This document shows positions 47,804-58,218 of a stretch of DNA of 64,000 bases, piece by piece (positions within the stretch are counted from its first letter, which is position 1; every line of letters starts with the position of its first letter). A program made the translations under genes and the position numbers. The notes below the pieces were generated by a model. That model worked only from the letters and a program-made list of their open reading frames with translations. It was not told the origin of the DNA and made no database searches. This DNA comes from a virus. The stretch is from positions 1 through 64,000 of IMG/VR virus record IMGVR_UViG_3300005264_000830, one strand, 5' to 3'.

Positions 47804-49783
47804 ATGACACTACAATCACATGAATTACCAACAGTAGTAATTATTAATGATTTAGATGCTTTTGACAAAGATATTTCTACAGGTGCAATATATAATACAA
47901 TTACTAGTAGTGGAGTACAATTATTTACTGATTTGGCTATTTATAATATAGATTACTATGATTTAATTGACTCATTGTTAGAAATAGAAGTATTGGATTT
48001 AGATGATATTATTTTAGATATGATACATGAATTACGTATTAGTTTACTAAACCAATTAGATATTGATACAGCAGTAACGATGTTATTGGCTTTGAAAAAC
48101 GGAACCGCTACTGATGTAGAGATAGAACTATTTTTTAGTTTATACTTACAGCAAGCAGTAAATGATTCAAAAGTAACATTTAGGATCAATATAGGAACCA
48201 TTCCAACAGAGTATGATACGGATGTAGAGATGTATATCTCTGGAATAAAATACTATAATTGTAGTTCTGATATATATTGTAGTACCGCTACTATATCATC
48301 AGGCATTATTACTGATATAGTACAAGATTTTGGTAGGATAGGTTATTTAGATACTGATTTATATAGTAGTGGGCTATTAACTACTAATTTAAGTACATAT
48401 ATTTGTAATTCAGCTTTAGATACTAAAACAGCTCATACTGAATTAACTACTACTTCAGGTAGACTGGTTATAATGGATACAGATATATTTTCTACAGCAT
48501 TAGGTTTGGCTGGCACTACCAGAGTAGATTTGAAAACAAGAAGTATTTTTACTAGTAATTTTTTTATTGAACGTGATAGATTTACTACAGCATCTTCAAT
48601 AGCTTGGGTCGATATTATTGATTATTTATACCCTATAAATACAGAGAATACGTATTTATATGTTGAAGGCGCTGAGGCTAGTGGAATTTATTTTACAGAT
48701 ATAGTTAATGGCAAACGATTACATTATGATCCATTAGATGATTTTTATAACGTAGGGGTGATAACATATAGTTTACATGCTGAGAATAGTATTGGAGAAG
48801 TAGAAGAAAAAGATTTTTATTTATTATATGGGTATGATTTACAGTTAGATGAGGTTATAGATTGGGGTCCTCATAAGAGAGTAATAGTAAGAGTAGAAGC
48901 CAGCAATCTAGTTTTTTGTCCAAATATGGAGTCTATAGCTTATGACTTTATAACTGTGGATTTAAAATCATTTAATTTAAATTGCACTATTTATCCGGTA
49001 GGATTTGTTGATTTACCTGTATCTATATTTCCACAAAGTGCTGCATTTTTCTATGGAAAGACCTATACTGTTAAGTTACAAAATGTAAAGGATTTTGCAG
49101 GGAATATAATGGAAGATATAGAGTATACATTTACTATCGAAGATCCTTTGGTGAAGGATATTATTCCAGAAAAAGAAATTGATATTTATGAACAGACATC
49201 TGTTTTTGATGGTACCTTTCCAGATACTATTTGGAGAGACTACCATAATGGGTTTACTAAAACTATATCTTCAATGTTTCATAATGATGGATTATATCTT
49301 AATTTTTCAGAAGAAGATGCTGGAAGTGTAGTTTTTTTTACGGATTATACTTATGGAAATTGTGAGTGCGCTGTTAAATTTAGTTGTAATAATAATACTT
49401 TATTAGACAGGTTATATATAAAGTTGAAGATACATCTTGAAAATATAGGTACTTTTGATATTAGAAGGCACATGTATAGTTACAGACAGCAATGGGTTTG
49501 TTATAATGGGAAAACGTACACAAATTACGGGTCTGTGTATACTACTGATATAACAGGACTAAAAATTGTGAAATATAATAGCGTAATAACACTTTATTAT
49601 ATGCTTAATTCTGAATGGATAGAGACTGAAACATTTATTATTGAATTATCAGATGATACGTTTGAGTCATTAGATATAAAAACATATTTTGAGTTTAATG
49701 TAGAAAAATCTAAAGCATATCCAGCAATTAATGTGCTCTTAGAGAGTATTAGTCTTAAAAGTAATAAAGAATTTTTTAAATAA
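47804..49783 (+). CDS. Virion protein with short acidic repeats and a lectin-like C-terminal domain
   Basis: xxTDIY/xDTDL repeats; Ig-like YTVKLQNVKDFAGN; C-terminal GLKIVKYNSVITLYY. Confidence 0.6.
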   Translation: MTLQSHELPTVVIINDLDAFDKDISTGAIYNTITSSGVQLFTDLAIYNIDYYDLIDSLLEIEVLDLDDIILDMIHELRISLLNQLDIDTAVTMLLALKNGTATDVEIELFFSLYLQQAVNDSKVTFRINIGTIPTEYDTDVEMYISGIKYYNCSSDIYCSTATISSGIITDIVQDFGRIGYLDTDLYSSGLLTTNLSTYICNSALDTKTAHTELTTTSGRLVIMDTDIFSTALGLAGTTRVDLKTRSIFTSNFFIERDRFTTASSIAWVDIIDYLYPINTENTYLYVEGAEASGIYFTDIVNGKRLHYDPLDDFYNVGVITYSLHAENSIGEVEEKDFYLLYGYDLQLDEVIDWGPHKRVIVRVEASNLVFCPNMESIAYDFITVDLKSFNLNCTIYPVGFVDLPVSIFPQSAAFFYGKTYTVKLQNVKDFAGNIMEDIEYTFTIEDPLVKDIIPEKEIDIYEQTSVFDGTFPDTIWRDYHNGFTKTISSMFHNDGLYLNFSEEDAGSVVFFTDYTYGNCECAVKFSCNNNTLLDRLYIKLKIHLENIGTFDIRRHMYSYRQQWVCYNGKTYTNYGSVYTTDITGLKIVKYNSVITLYYMLNSEWIETETFIIELSDDTFESLDIKTYFEFNVEKSKAYPAINVLLESISLKSNKEFFK

Positions 49784-49808
49784 ACATAGTAATTAAGGAG
49801 GAGTAATA

Positions 49809-51386
49809 ATGGTGGCAATAACAAGATGGGTAAATTATCCAGTTGATGCAGAAGGAGAAGCGACAGATGGAAACGGTAGTGGCTGCAAAGGGGCTGGTGC
49901 TTACGCTAGAGCTACAGCTAGTGTTGGTGATACTTTTACAATAGGTTCAACTACTAATAGACTTTATTTAACAATTGATGGGGATAGTGGTCCTTACATT
50001 ACGATGTATTCAGGTACTAATCTTGACCCTAGATTTTTAGCTAAAGATATAACAGAAAAAATGCATGATTTAGGAAAAAATAATGATAGATGGGACGCTG
50101 CTAGGTGTATATGGACTAATGATGGTAGTCAAGGTAACCATTTTAGGATTTATTCTGGCACTTTAGGATCTTCTGCCAGTGTTACTGTAGATGGTGGAGG
50201 GACTAATAATGGTCGGTCTATTTTAGGTTTTGGTACTCAAACAAATCAGGGCGGAGTAGCCTCTACAAATGGGTTTAGTGGAGATATATCTGTTTCAGGA
50301 ACTTATTATGGTTTTGTAGATGAAAAATATAAAATCGTAATCACAAACGATTCTTACGGAGAAGCTACAGTAGCTCCTAGAGGAATAGGTACTCCTATAA
50401 AAGATGGGTCTAATAGTTATGATGGTATTTTTATAACTGGAGGTACATTCAATGGGGTATCAGATATTACATATGTTATATCTGTTGATGTAACAAATGG
50501 AACAACAATGGGAGGAGGTACTGGTAATGTGCCTAGAATTACTTGGACATCTACTGGAGGGGATTCTTCTACTACAGAAACTGAACTTCTTTTTCCAAAG
50601 TATTGGCAAAAAATAGGTGACTACGGGCTCATGGTAAAATTTTCTGATGCTGTATTTAACCAAGCAAGCCCTGCTTGGACAATTGTATGTAAAAAACCAG
50701 ACTATGTAGGAGGAACAAATGCTACAGGTCCTGTAGGGACTGCAGAGTATGTATGGTCGTCCGAAAGAGGGGAAATGAGCACTGCCCCTGTTGTAACTTC
50801 GTCAGGCACATTTACTCAATTAGGTTCCAGAGGACTATCCATTAGATTCAACCCTTCAGGATCTCCCGACAATTTTGCGGCTGGCGATGAATTTTTTGTT
50901 ATATGTAAAGCCCCAAAACCTGCCAGCTATAATATTACAAGTTTAAATTATGGTAATGTTACTGTCAGTACTGAATCAGATGTTAAGTGTGTTACGTTTG
51001 AAGTAGAGAGTGGCGCGGTCGAAGTTTCCACTATTAAATTTGGTTTACAAAATCATGGTACATTTAATCACCATGAGGCAGGTAACAATGATACTAAATT
51101 TAGATTTGGAACTGTTGGGCCAGAAAATAATGCAGGTATTAATCCAAATAATGGTATAGAATGGTGGCCTAATGTAACGGCAGGAGATATTGATTCAAAT
51201 ACTCCTCCGTCCTACTTGTATAACACTAACGAAAATTTGGCAGTAGTAGGTACTGCTGATGCTAGTGAAGCTATAGGTAATATCGATTTAATGAGCGATC
51301 CTATGTGGGTCAATATACGACTTGGAACAAGTGAGGTTGGAGCTAATAGTACGATTAATATGCGATTATATTTTGATTATAGTTGA
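49809..51386 (+). CDS. Gly/Thr-rich virion structural protein
   Basis: AAGGAGG SD; contains the shared '..LGF' domain and FAAGDEF motifs. Confidence 0.7.
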   Translation: MVAITRWVNYPVDAEGEATDGNGSGCKGAGAYARATASVGDTFTIGSTTNRLYLTIDGDSGPYITMYSGTNLDPRFLAKDITEKMHDLGKNNDRWDAARCIWTNDGSQGNHFRIYSGTLGSSASVTVDGGGTNNGRSILGFGTQTNQGGVASTNGFSGDISVSGTYYGFVDEKYKIVITNDSYGEATVAPRGIGTPIKDGSNSYDGIFITGGTFNGVSDITYVISVDVTNGTTMGGGTGNVPRITWTSTGGDSSTTETELLFPKYWQKIGDYGLMVKFSDAVFNQASPAWTIVCKKPDYVGGTNATGPVGTAEYVWSSERGEMSTAPVVTSSGTFTQLGSRGLSIRFNPSGSPDNFAAGDEFFVICKAPKPASYNITSLNYGNVTVSTESDVKCVTFEVESGAVEVSTIKFGLQNHGTFNHHEAGNNDTKFRFGTVGPENNAGINPNNGIEWWPNVTAGDIDSNTPPSYLYNTNENLAVVGTADASEAIGNIDLMSDPMWVNIRLGTSEVGANSTINMRLYFDYS

Positions 51387-51411
51387 CAATTAGTATTTTA
51401 ATTACTATATT
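51383..51411 (+). promoter_or_regulatory. Sigma70/sigmaA-type promoter
   Basis: TTGACA (51383-51388), 17 bp, TATATT (51406-51411), upstream of the small-gene cluster. Confidence 0.6.
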
Positions 51412-51447
51412 ATATTAGATATAGTTTATTTATTATAGGAGAATTAT

Positions 51448-51663
51448 ATGAAATCAAAAATTTATTTAGAAGAGTTAGTAGATAATAAGGATAGAAAATT
51501 TGGCTCAACTTTAGAGTACTACCCTGTTAGAATTGAAAGTAATGATGGGCATATAGTAAATGCTTTATTTACAAATAGTCAATTAGATAAAGCAATTTTT
51601 CGAGCTAATAAAAATCCAGAGGATGTCCCAGAATTAACTATTTGGGAAAGTATCTTTGGTTAG
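51448..51663 (+). CDS. Hypothetical protein
   Basis: AGGAG SD; 71 aa. Confidence 0.7.
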   Translation: MKSKIYLEELVDNKDRKFGSTLEYYPVRIESNDGHIVNALFTNSQLDKAIFRANKNPEDVPELTIWESIFG

Positions 51664-51678
51664 AAAGGGGGCTAGATA

Positions 51679-51879
51679 ATGCCAGTATATGAATTTAATT
51701 GTGAGTGTGGTCAGGAAAATGAGGCTTTAGTTCCAATGGGAACTAAAACAATTAGATGTAAAAAATGCGGAAAAGATATGAAAAAAATAATTTCACAAAG
51801 TACTTTTCATCTAAAAGGGAAAGGTTGGTATGCGACCGATTATGGCGATAAGTCGGAAAAAGTAAAACAAAAAAATTAA
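51679..51879 (+). CDS. FmdB-family zinc ribbon protein
   Basis: MPVYEFNCECG...CKKCG..MKKIIS...F.LKG.GWYATDY. Confidence 0.85.
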   Translation: MPVYEFNCECGQENEALVPMGTKTIRCKKCGKDMKKIISQSTFHLKGKGWYATDYGDKSEKVKQKN

Positions 51880-51897
51880 GGTCTAAAGGAGGATAGT

Positions 51898-52209
51898 ATG
51901 CGTAGAGGGTGGGAAGTTACACTTAAAGATGATACAGTATTAAATGAAGACAATACCGAATGGAAAGATGTTCCAAAAGTAAAAATAAAGGTATTGTCTT
52001 TGTTGTATGATGGTAGACGCTGGGATTTATCAGATAAACAAGCTTATTTTATTCGTAATAAAGCTTCTATGGTCCCAGGCATAGCAGAATCTTTTAAAGT
52101 AGAACGTAGATGTATAGGTTATTATGAAGGGGCAAAAAAGATTCATTATACTGTAGAAGAAGATACTGGAAAATTTAATATGGAAGTAATTGATAATGGA
52201 GCTAGTTAA
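51898..52209 (+). CDS. Hypothetical protein
   Basis: AAGGAGG SD; 103 aa. Confidence 0.7.
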   Translation: MRRGWEVTLKDDTVLNEDNTEWKDVPKVKIKVLSLLYDGRRWDLSDKQAYFIRNKASMVPGIAESFKVERRCIGYYEGAKKIHYTVEEDTGKFNMEVIDNGAS

Positions 52210-55200
52210 TGAAAGAGGACTCTATAAATAAGTGTCAATATTGGAACCAATACGAGCCTAATATATGTAGATTTTGGGATGTAGAAAATACCATATGTAA
52301 ATACATTGTAATAAGATCAGCGGAAGTTAATGACATAATTAATCAAGCAGAAAAGGGGCCATATTGTAATATATTAGGTACTAGTTTAAGTTGTGGTCAA
52401 TATGAATCAATCACTCCAGGAAAACCTTTAGCTAGGTGTATACTGCCTGACTCTAGGCGTCATGTATGTAATAGAGATTCTGGTAATAAATGGGTAACTG
52501 TGTTAAGTGGAACTGATTCATATGTAGAAGGAATTCCAATATATGATTGGTCTTTTGACGAAATAAATGGGTATAACGAAGGACAATGCGATACTTATGG
52601 AACTACTGTAACTTGTTCTGGTTATTCTCCCTATCATTTAGGGTTTGGTGTACTAAAACCTTCAGATGAAGAGGGGCTATATGATACCTTTATAGAAAAT
52701 AGATATTCTACTGAAGAAGAATTTGGTTATAGACTTCCTACTAATTTTGTTATATATAATATAAGAGCAATTTTATCCAAATGTTACTGGTGGAAAGAGC
52801 CCTATTCAGAATTTGTAGTAGATGACACTGGGCGTGTTGAATTATCAAATATATGGGCATGTTCGTGTACAGAAGATACAAGTGCCTATAGCGAGTTCAC
52901 ACTAGAAAACGGCCCGCCTTGTAATGGTTGTAAACCAGAATGTTCTAATTATACCGGAATTTGCTGGAAATACTGTATTGATGCTAAAATGGAATCTGGC
53001 GATCCCATTCTGGCCGAACAGATTCATGAATTAAGGTATTATCATAGAGAACATAAATGGACTACGGAAGATATACAATCTATTTTTATAGATGACGGAC
53101 ATATTTTTACTTGGCAGGGGGCAAAAACCTCCAATCAGTCCGAGGACATTGAAAATACTGAAGAGGGGCCTACCTATACAAATTCATCCACATTACAAGG
53201 AAACCTTTCTGTCACTATTGGCCCAAACAATTATGTAGAAGAGTACCAAATTCCTGTGGTAGAGGTGTTTATGCCAAAATTTGATAAATTTACATTGGAA
53301 ACAAAACTAGTGCTATTAACCGCTGGAACTGAAGTAACTAGAAAATTAAAAGATTATCCTACCTTAATAAGACATATTCAACAACTTCCCTTGTCTCCTA
53401 TAATAAAAACTAAATTAGCGAAATATAACAGTACCGACGGCAAGAGTATAAATTTTTTTGATACTCCTTATTTAAATAAGAACGTGGATATTCTTATATA
53501 TGGAAAAACTTTTTATACACAGGATACATATGCTGTTAATATTAGTAGTAAAGATATAAATGCTATTCTACCACAAGAAATTTTTTTGTTCGATTCCATT
53601 TATGATGCAGAACAAGCCTTGTCAGAAGATCACTTTATATATTTTAATACTAGATTAGAAGCAGTACTTAATGGTATTAGTAGTATAATGCCAGAAATGG
53701 TCTCTAATAATACATTACCTAATGAAGATCATACTTTTATAATGCCTGTAAAAACTTTGTTTAGTGATAAAACATATAATACTACAAATGAAAATATAAT
53801 ATTAGTATGGCAAAAAGTTAATGGGTATATTACGTATGATAAGATATCTTTTACACTTAGAGTTATAGGTGGAATATTATCTCAAACTGATTTTTCTTTA
53901 TTGGGTGATGAAGGAGATACAGACGCCCCCCAAGATTTTGAAAATGATTATTTTGCACAATTTAATAATAATGGAAATTTTAGTTTTGATTTCATTCCTT
54001 TTATAGTATCAGGAATAAGATCTAAAGCTTCATTTGTTTATAATGCGTCAGTTATGGCTGATTCTGTAAAACTTCTAACATTCAAAGGACACAAGACTTT
54101 TAAATTACTAGCAGAAACATATATTTTATCTGACAATGATCATATTATTACTATTGGGTCTAATGGCTATATGTTAATCGATATTGACCACCCATATTTA
54201 AATAGTGTTTTAAAACCTTGGGAAGTATCTGAAATAAATATAACATACACAATAGATAACCCAAATGCAGACGAAGAAGGAGAATCTAATACAATTTCAA
54301 GAGATTGTGAGATGGAGATTGTATATCACGGCTCTAATTTTCAAATTGGAAGCCAACAACTTATTATTAAACCAAAGAATTTAAATAATTTTAGTTCTAT
54401 ATGTGAGGATAATGTAGTAATAACTCTAAAAAATTTAACATATTGGGAAAAAAGAAGTTACGATCAAACCCCTATTGAGGTAGATTTTGAATCATCTCAA
54501 GAATATGAAGTAGACACGTTTTATACGCTGGATGACGGAGAAATAACATTAGATGGGAACGAAGGCGATATTAGAGGAGTTTCTTTGACTGCTTTTGGAT
54601 CTGCTAATACTCCAACAATTATTATTTTAAACTCTGAAGGAAAACCGTTTACGCAATATAGAACTAAAGCATTAGGCATGATAAAACAACCATCATGCCC
54701 AGATGTTGAAGTATTTTATAATTGGCAAGCAAACTATATAGACTCTCAGAATAAGCCTATATGTAGATGTTGTGGAAAATGGACTCAAATCAATCCAGTA
54801 GAAGGTAAAGGGGATCTTGCCCCGTTCTGTGGGGATCATTTCCAAAGCCCATGGCAAAAAAAAGGACCAATGTGGTGGCCATACAATGCTTGTAGAGAGT
54901 GGGATGTTTATGGTAAATTAACTAATTTAAATAATTACAATATAAATGTGATAGGACTATTTCAATTAAAAAATAATGAAGGGCAATGGGCACATGGATC
55001 TTTTGATATGAGAATGATGGGCCCTTATAATTATTATGGAAGGACTGGGATAGGTTGTAACCCATTAATGCCGTGTTCTTGTGGTATGAGGACATATAAT
55101 TCTAAACGGGTTAGTGATGCTGTTTTTACTGGGTATGCTAAAATACGTGGCGGAATTTCTTCATCTCAAATAGACGCATGGGTAAGTATTGGAGGTACTG

Positions 55201-57800
55201 CTCCGAAATTTGGAAACGCTGTCAGACCTTTACTACGTTCTTATCGTACTCTTGGTATGGTTATGTACCCGGACCCAATGCAAGAGAAGATATTAAGAAA
55301 ATTAATGCCGGCTACAATGGTTTTTTCTAATGCTGATTTTACGTCAGTAGAAGATGAAATGTGGGATTTTCAATGTGACACTTCTAGCACATCCACTATA
55401 AATCCGTTAGGATTTTTACTGGCAGGTTCATTTGATAATGTAGATGTAAATGAAACTATTGACAATGATAATAGATTTACACACGATCAGGTTTTTAGAT
55501 GTAAATGGACGGTAGATATAGCATATCAAAAGACTGTAGGGAAATATGTTAGACCTAGAGGAGAAAAAATAATTGTTCCGTGGTATGAGTTTAAACGATA
55601 CCCATTAGGAGATGGTTTTATACAATGGGCTTGGCAGGAGATATGGAAACCTATTGAGAGAAACTATATAGTGGACGATAATAAGTCCTTATTAGATGAT
55701 TTTATTATGGAATATATTGATGCGGGGAGTACAGGTGTAATTAAGGGCCCCTATATAGATTTACCAGAGGAAGGTCCTTTAGGAAGACATTTATGTTTAG
55801 AGGTGCAGTATCCTTCATATGAGTATGATTGGAAAAATCAAGAATTTAGCTTAGTACTGGCTGAGGGGGAGTATGAGTTAATATTTAAAGCTCCAATTAA
55901 AGATGAGTATACTGGCGAGTACATCAGTTATCCATCTTTTAGTATTGGCAAAGGTCCAAAAAGAGGAATAAATTGGGCAGGTCAATGGCTTACAAAAGAT
56001 AATCAGGATAGTAATTTAGCTGAAGAAGATTTAGATGATTTTAATATTGATTTATATAAAAACTGTATTGGAGATACTAGTAAAACAATAGGAATAGATG
56101 AAAATTTTGGCTATTCAGCGGATTTAATTTGGTCAGAAGAAGTAACTTTGTTTGGCCCTGGGTATGACAATGAAAGTACTAAAGTTGCTCAAGATGATGG
56201 TAGAATGATTACTGTTTATACAGCATCAGATCCAGGCGAAAAGCCTAAGGCTATACAGACTCATTTTCAACGTGGGCTGAATGTACAGATAGGAGATCTT
56301 TCTACTTTACCCTTACGTGTTAGTAGTATTGATCAATTAGATACATTAGGAACTGATGAGGCTTTTGAAGTTATTTGTGGCATTACTGAAACAGTAGTAG
56401 TTAGATATACTTTTGACCAGATTAAACGGACTATCGGAAGGTTTGATTTTTCTGCTAAGTTTGGTCGTGAAATAATTACTGAGGCTACAAAGGGAGTTAC
56501 GGCGGTATATAAATACTATCATATACCTCAAATATCCATTTATAAAACTTCTGACGGATATACAAAAGAAGAATTACTATATCAAACTAACAGTATGGAA
56601 ATGTATAAAGTTCAAGCACAGGATGATGTATCTATTGTAAATAAAGTTTTTGACTGGCGGAATGACTGGGAATATATAAGTAACGGAAGCTATGGAGCTA
56701 TAGTTGAATATAGAGTCAATCCTACATTAGCTGAAATAGAAGCATTTGAGTCTGAAAGTAATGTGATAGGTAGATATAATATGTCCATTAATAGCGTACA
56801 AGTAATAAATTCTACTATTTTTGAAGAAGTTTTAGTAGACGCTATAGAGAATTTGAATGTACATGAACGTAAATATTTTGTTTCCTATGGCGGAACAGGT
56901 GTACTTCCTCCACAAGGAGAGGATGATGACGAGTCAAAAAGGGTTTTAGGAAAACGTAGAGGAAATGATGGATCTACAGTATGGCAAACCGATACATCGG
57001 AAGGAGTTTATGACGTACCAGAGTCATCAGGGGAGATGTCTTTTATGAATAAAGTTAGAGGCAGGCATGTTTTTGATCTTTACGAGGATAATACTTTATT
57101 AACTGATGATTTAATAACAATTGAAGGTAAACAAAAAGAAATGTATGATAAGGCGATAAGTAAGATAGAACGCTCATCGACTATGGAAGGGGTATTACCA
57201 TTATGTACTAAAGAGTTATTAATAAATAAAGGGGTTACTTTTCAAGGTCCGAGAAATTTGAGTTTAACTAATAGCATGGTCACACCATTGGCAGAAATAA
57301 ACCAACCGCCTCCAATGTATCCTGAAGGAAATATGTATAGGCCAGGCCCAGCAGAACAAGAAGAATGTAATGCAGGAAGCGCGTGTAACGATGATGACAG
57401 GTTCCCTTATGTTTATATGTCAATGGATTATAAGTTGGCAGAATACATAGAAATTTTTCAGGTTAGTAATACGGGGGTAGCAGCCGCAGGGTTCAATTAT
57501 CATGAGGTCGATGACTCATTTGTACAGTTTTATGGCGGAGCGGCTTTTCAGGTAGATCGTACTATGGCTTTTGAGGAACTAATGGATTATCATTTTCCAT
57601 TAAAATACGATAGATCCACATCCAGTAGTATTTGGAGAAATAAAAATTCTATTACTAAATTACGATATGTACCTTTAGGTTTAATTTCGTATGGAGGAAC
57701 TATTAACGACAGTTATAAGCCAGGTGGTGGCTACAGTGGGCAGTATTCATTTGCTCCGTCATGGACAACTCCCGTGTTTTGGTTTTTTGGAAGTATATAA
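52209..57800 (+). CDS. Large Cys-rich acidic protein (1863 aa), probably virion-associated
   Basis: Cys clusters at the N-terminus (CQYW, CNGCKPECSNYTGIC) and mid-protein (CRCC, PCSC). Confidence 0.7.
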   Translation: MKEDSINKCQYWNQYEPNICRFWDVENTICKYIVIRSAEVNDIINQAEKGPYCNILGTSLSCGQYESITPGKPLARCILPDSRRHVCNRDSGNKWVTVLSGTDSYVEGIPIYDWSFDEINGYNEGQCDTYGTTVTCSGYSPYHLGFGVLKPSDEEGLYDTFIENRYSTEEEFGYRLPTNFVIYNIRAILSKCYWWKEPYSEFVVDDTGRVELSNIWACSCTEDTSAYSEFTLENGPPCNGCKPECSNYTGICWKYCIDAKMESGDPILAEQIHELRYYHREHKWTTEDIQSIFIDDGHIFTWQGAKTSNQSEDIENTEEGPTYTNSSTLQGNLSVTIGPNNYVEEYQIPVVEVFMPKFDKFTLETKLVLLTAGTEVTRKLKDYPTLIRHIQQLPLSPIIKTKLAKYNSTDGKSINFFDTPYLNKNVDILIYGKTFYTQDTYAVNISSKDINAILPQEIFLFDSIYDAEQALSEDHFIYFNTRLEAVLNGISSIMPEMVSNNTLPNEDHTFIMPVKTLFSDKTYNTTNENIILVWQKVNGYITYDKISFTLRVIGGILSQTDFSLLGDEGDTDAPQDFENDYFAQFNNNGNFSFDFIPFIVSGIRSKASFVYNASVMADSVKLLTFKGHKTFKLLAETYILSDNDHIITIGSNGYMLIDIDHPYLNSVLKPWEVSEINITYTIDNPNADEEGESNTISRDCEMEIVYHGSNFQIGSQQLIIKPKNLNNFSSICEDNVVITLKNLTYWEKRSYDQTPIEVDFESSQEYEVDTFYTLDDGEITLDGNEGDIRGVSLTAFGSANTPTIIILNSEGKPFTQYRTKALGMIKQPSCPDVEVFYNWQANYIDSQNKPICRCCGKWTQINPVEGKGDLAPFCGDHFQSPWQKKGPMWWPYNACREWDVYGKLTNLNNYNINVIGLFQLKNNEGQWAHGSFDMRMMGPYNYYGRTGIGCNPLMPCSCGMRTYNSKRVSDAVFTGYAKIRGGISSSQIDAWVSIGGTAPKFGNAVRPLLRSYRTLGMVMYPDPMQEKILRKLMPATMVFSNADFTSVEDEMWDFQCDTSSTSTINPLGFLLAGSFDNVDVNETIDNDNRFTHDQVFRCKWTVDIAYQKTVGKYVRPRGEKIIVPWYEFKRYPLGDGFIQWAWQEIWKPIERNYIVDDNKSLLDDFIMEYIDAGSTGVIKGPYIDLPEEGPLGRHLCLEVQYPSYEYDWKNQEFSLVLAEGEYELIFKAPIKDEYTGEYISYPSFSIGKGPKRGINWAGQWLTKDNQDSNLAEEDLDDFNIDLYKNCIGDTSKTIGIDENFGYSADLIWSEEVTLFGPGYDNESTKVAQDDGRMITVYTASDPGEKPKAIQTHFQRGLNVQIGDLSTLPLRVSSIDQLDTLGTDEAFEVICGITETVVVRYTFDQIKRTIGRFDFSAKFGREIITEATKGVTAVYKYYHIPQISIYKTSDGYTKEELLYQTNSMEMYKVQAQDDVSIVNKVFDWRNDWEYISNGSYGAIVEYRVNPTLAEIEAFESESNVIGRYNMSINSVQVINSTIFEEVLVDAIENLNVHERKYFVSYGGTGVLPPQGEDDDESKRVLGKRRGNDGSTVWQTDTSEGVYDVPESSGEMSFMNKVRGRHVFDLYEDNTLLTDDLITIEGKQKEMYDKAISKIERSSTMEGVLPLCTKELLINKGVTFQGPRNLSLTNSMVTPLAEINQPPPMYPEGNMYRPGPAEQEECNAGSACNDDDRFPYVYMSMDYKLAEYIEIFQVSNTGVAAAGFNYHEVDDSFVQFYGGAAFQVDRTMAFEELMDYHFPLKYDRSTSSSIWRNKNSITKLRYVPLGLISYGGTINDSYKPGGGYSGQYSFAPSWTTPVFWFFGSI

Positions 57801-57816
57801 TAGTAAGGAGGTAATG

Positions 57817-58218
57817 ATGATAGAAACTAAATGTAAAAAATGTGGCTTTAGATTAGCTTTAGATATATTCCATACGGCAAAAAAATATAATTTAGATGTC
57901 GATATTCTAATAAATGAAGATGGTAAATTAGCATTGGAAAATTTACCAGATTATTATATATTTGTTTGTGGTAAATGTGGAAATACCAAAAAATACTCTT
58001 TTGAAGAAGTTCAGTTAAAGTTTAAAACAATTGTTATAGAGACAATATTAAATTCTAGACAGCAAGATTCATATATGTATTTGGACAGTTCAAAAATACA
58101 GGAAGAGAATGGAATCAGTTATTGTGGTATGTGTTTAGGTCCGTTTGATGAAAATGGATATTGTTATAACGATATAAAATTACAGTGTTCTGTTAGGAAA
58201 GATTATTTAAAAAAATGA
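57817..58218 (+). CDS. Zn-finger-like protein (three CxxC motifs)
   Basis: AAGGAGG SD 5 nt before ATG 57817; CKKC, CGKC, CGMC. Confidence 0.7.
   Translation: MIETKCKKCGFRLALDIFHTAKKYNLDVDILINEDGKLALENLPDYYIFVCGKCGNTKKYSFEEVQLKFKTIVIETILNSRQQDSYMYLDSSKIQEENGISYCGMCLGPFDENGYCYNDIKLQCSVRKDYLKK

Noticed and set aside
57691-57813. ORF-track start of the Zn-finger gene
   Set aside because: Overlaps the upstream gene; the SD supports a start at 57814 or 57817.
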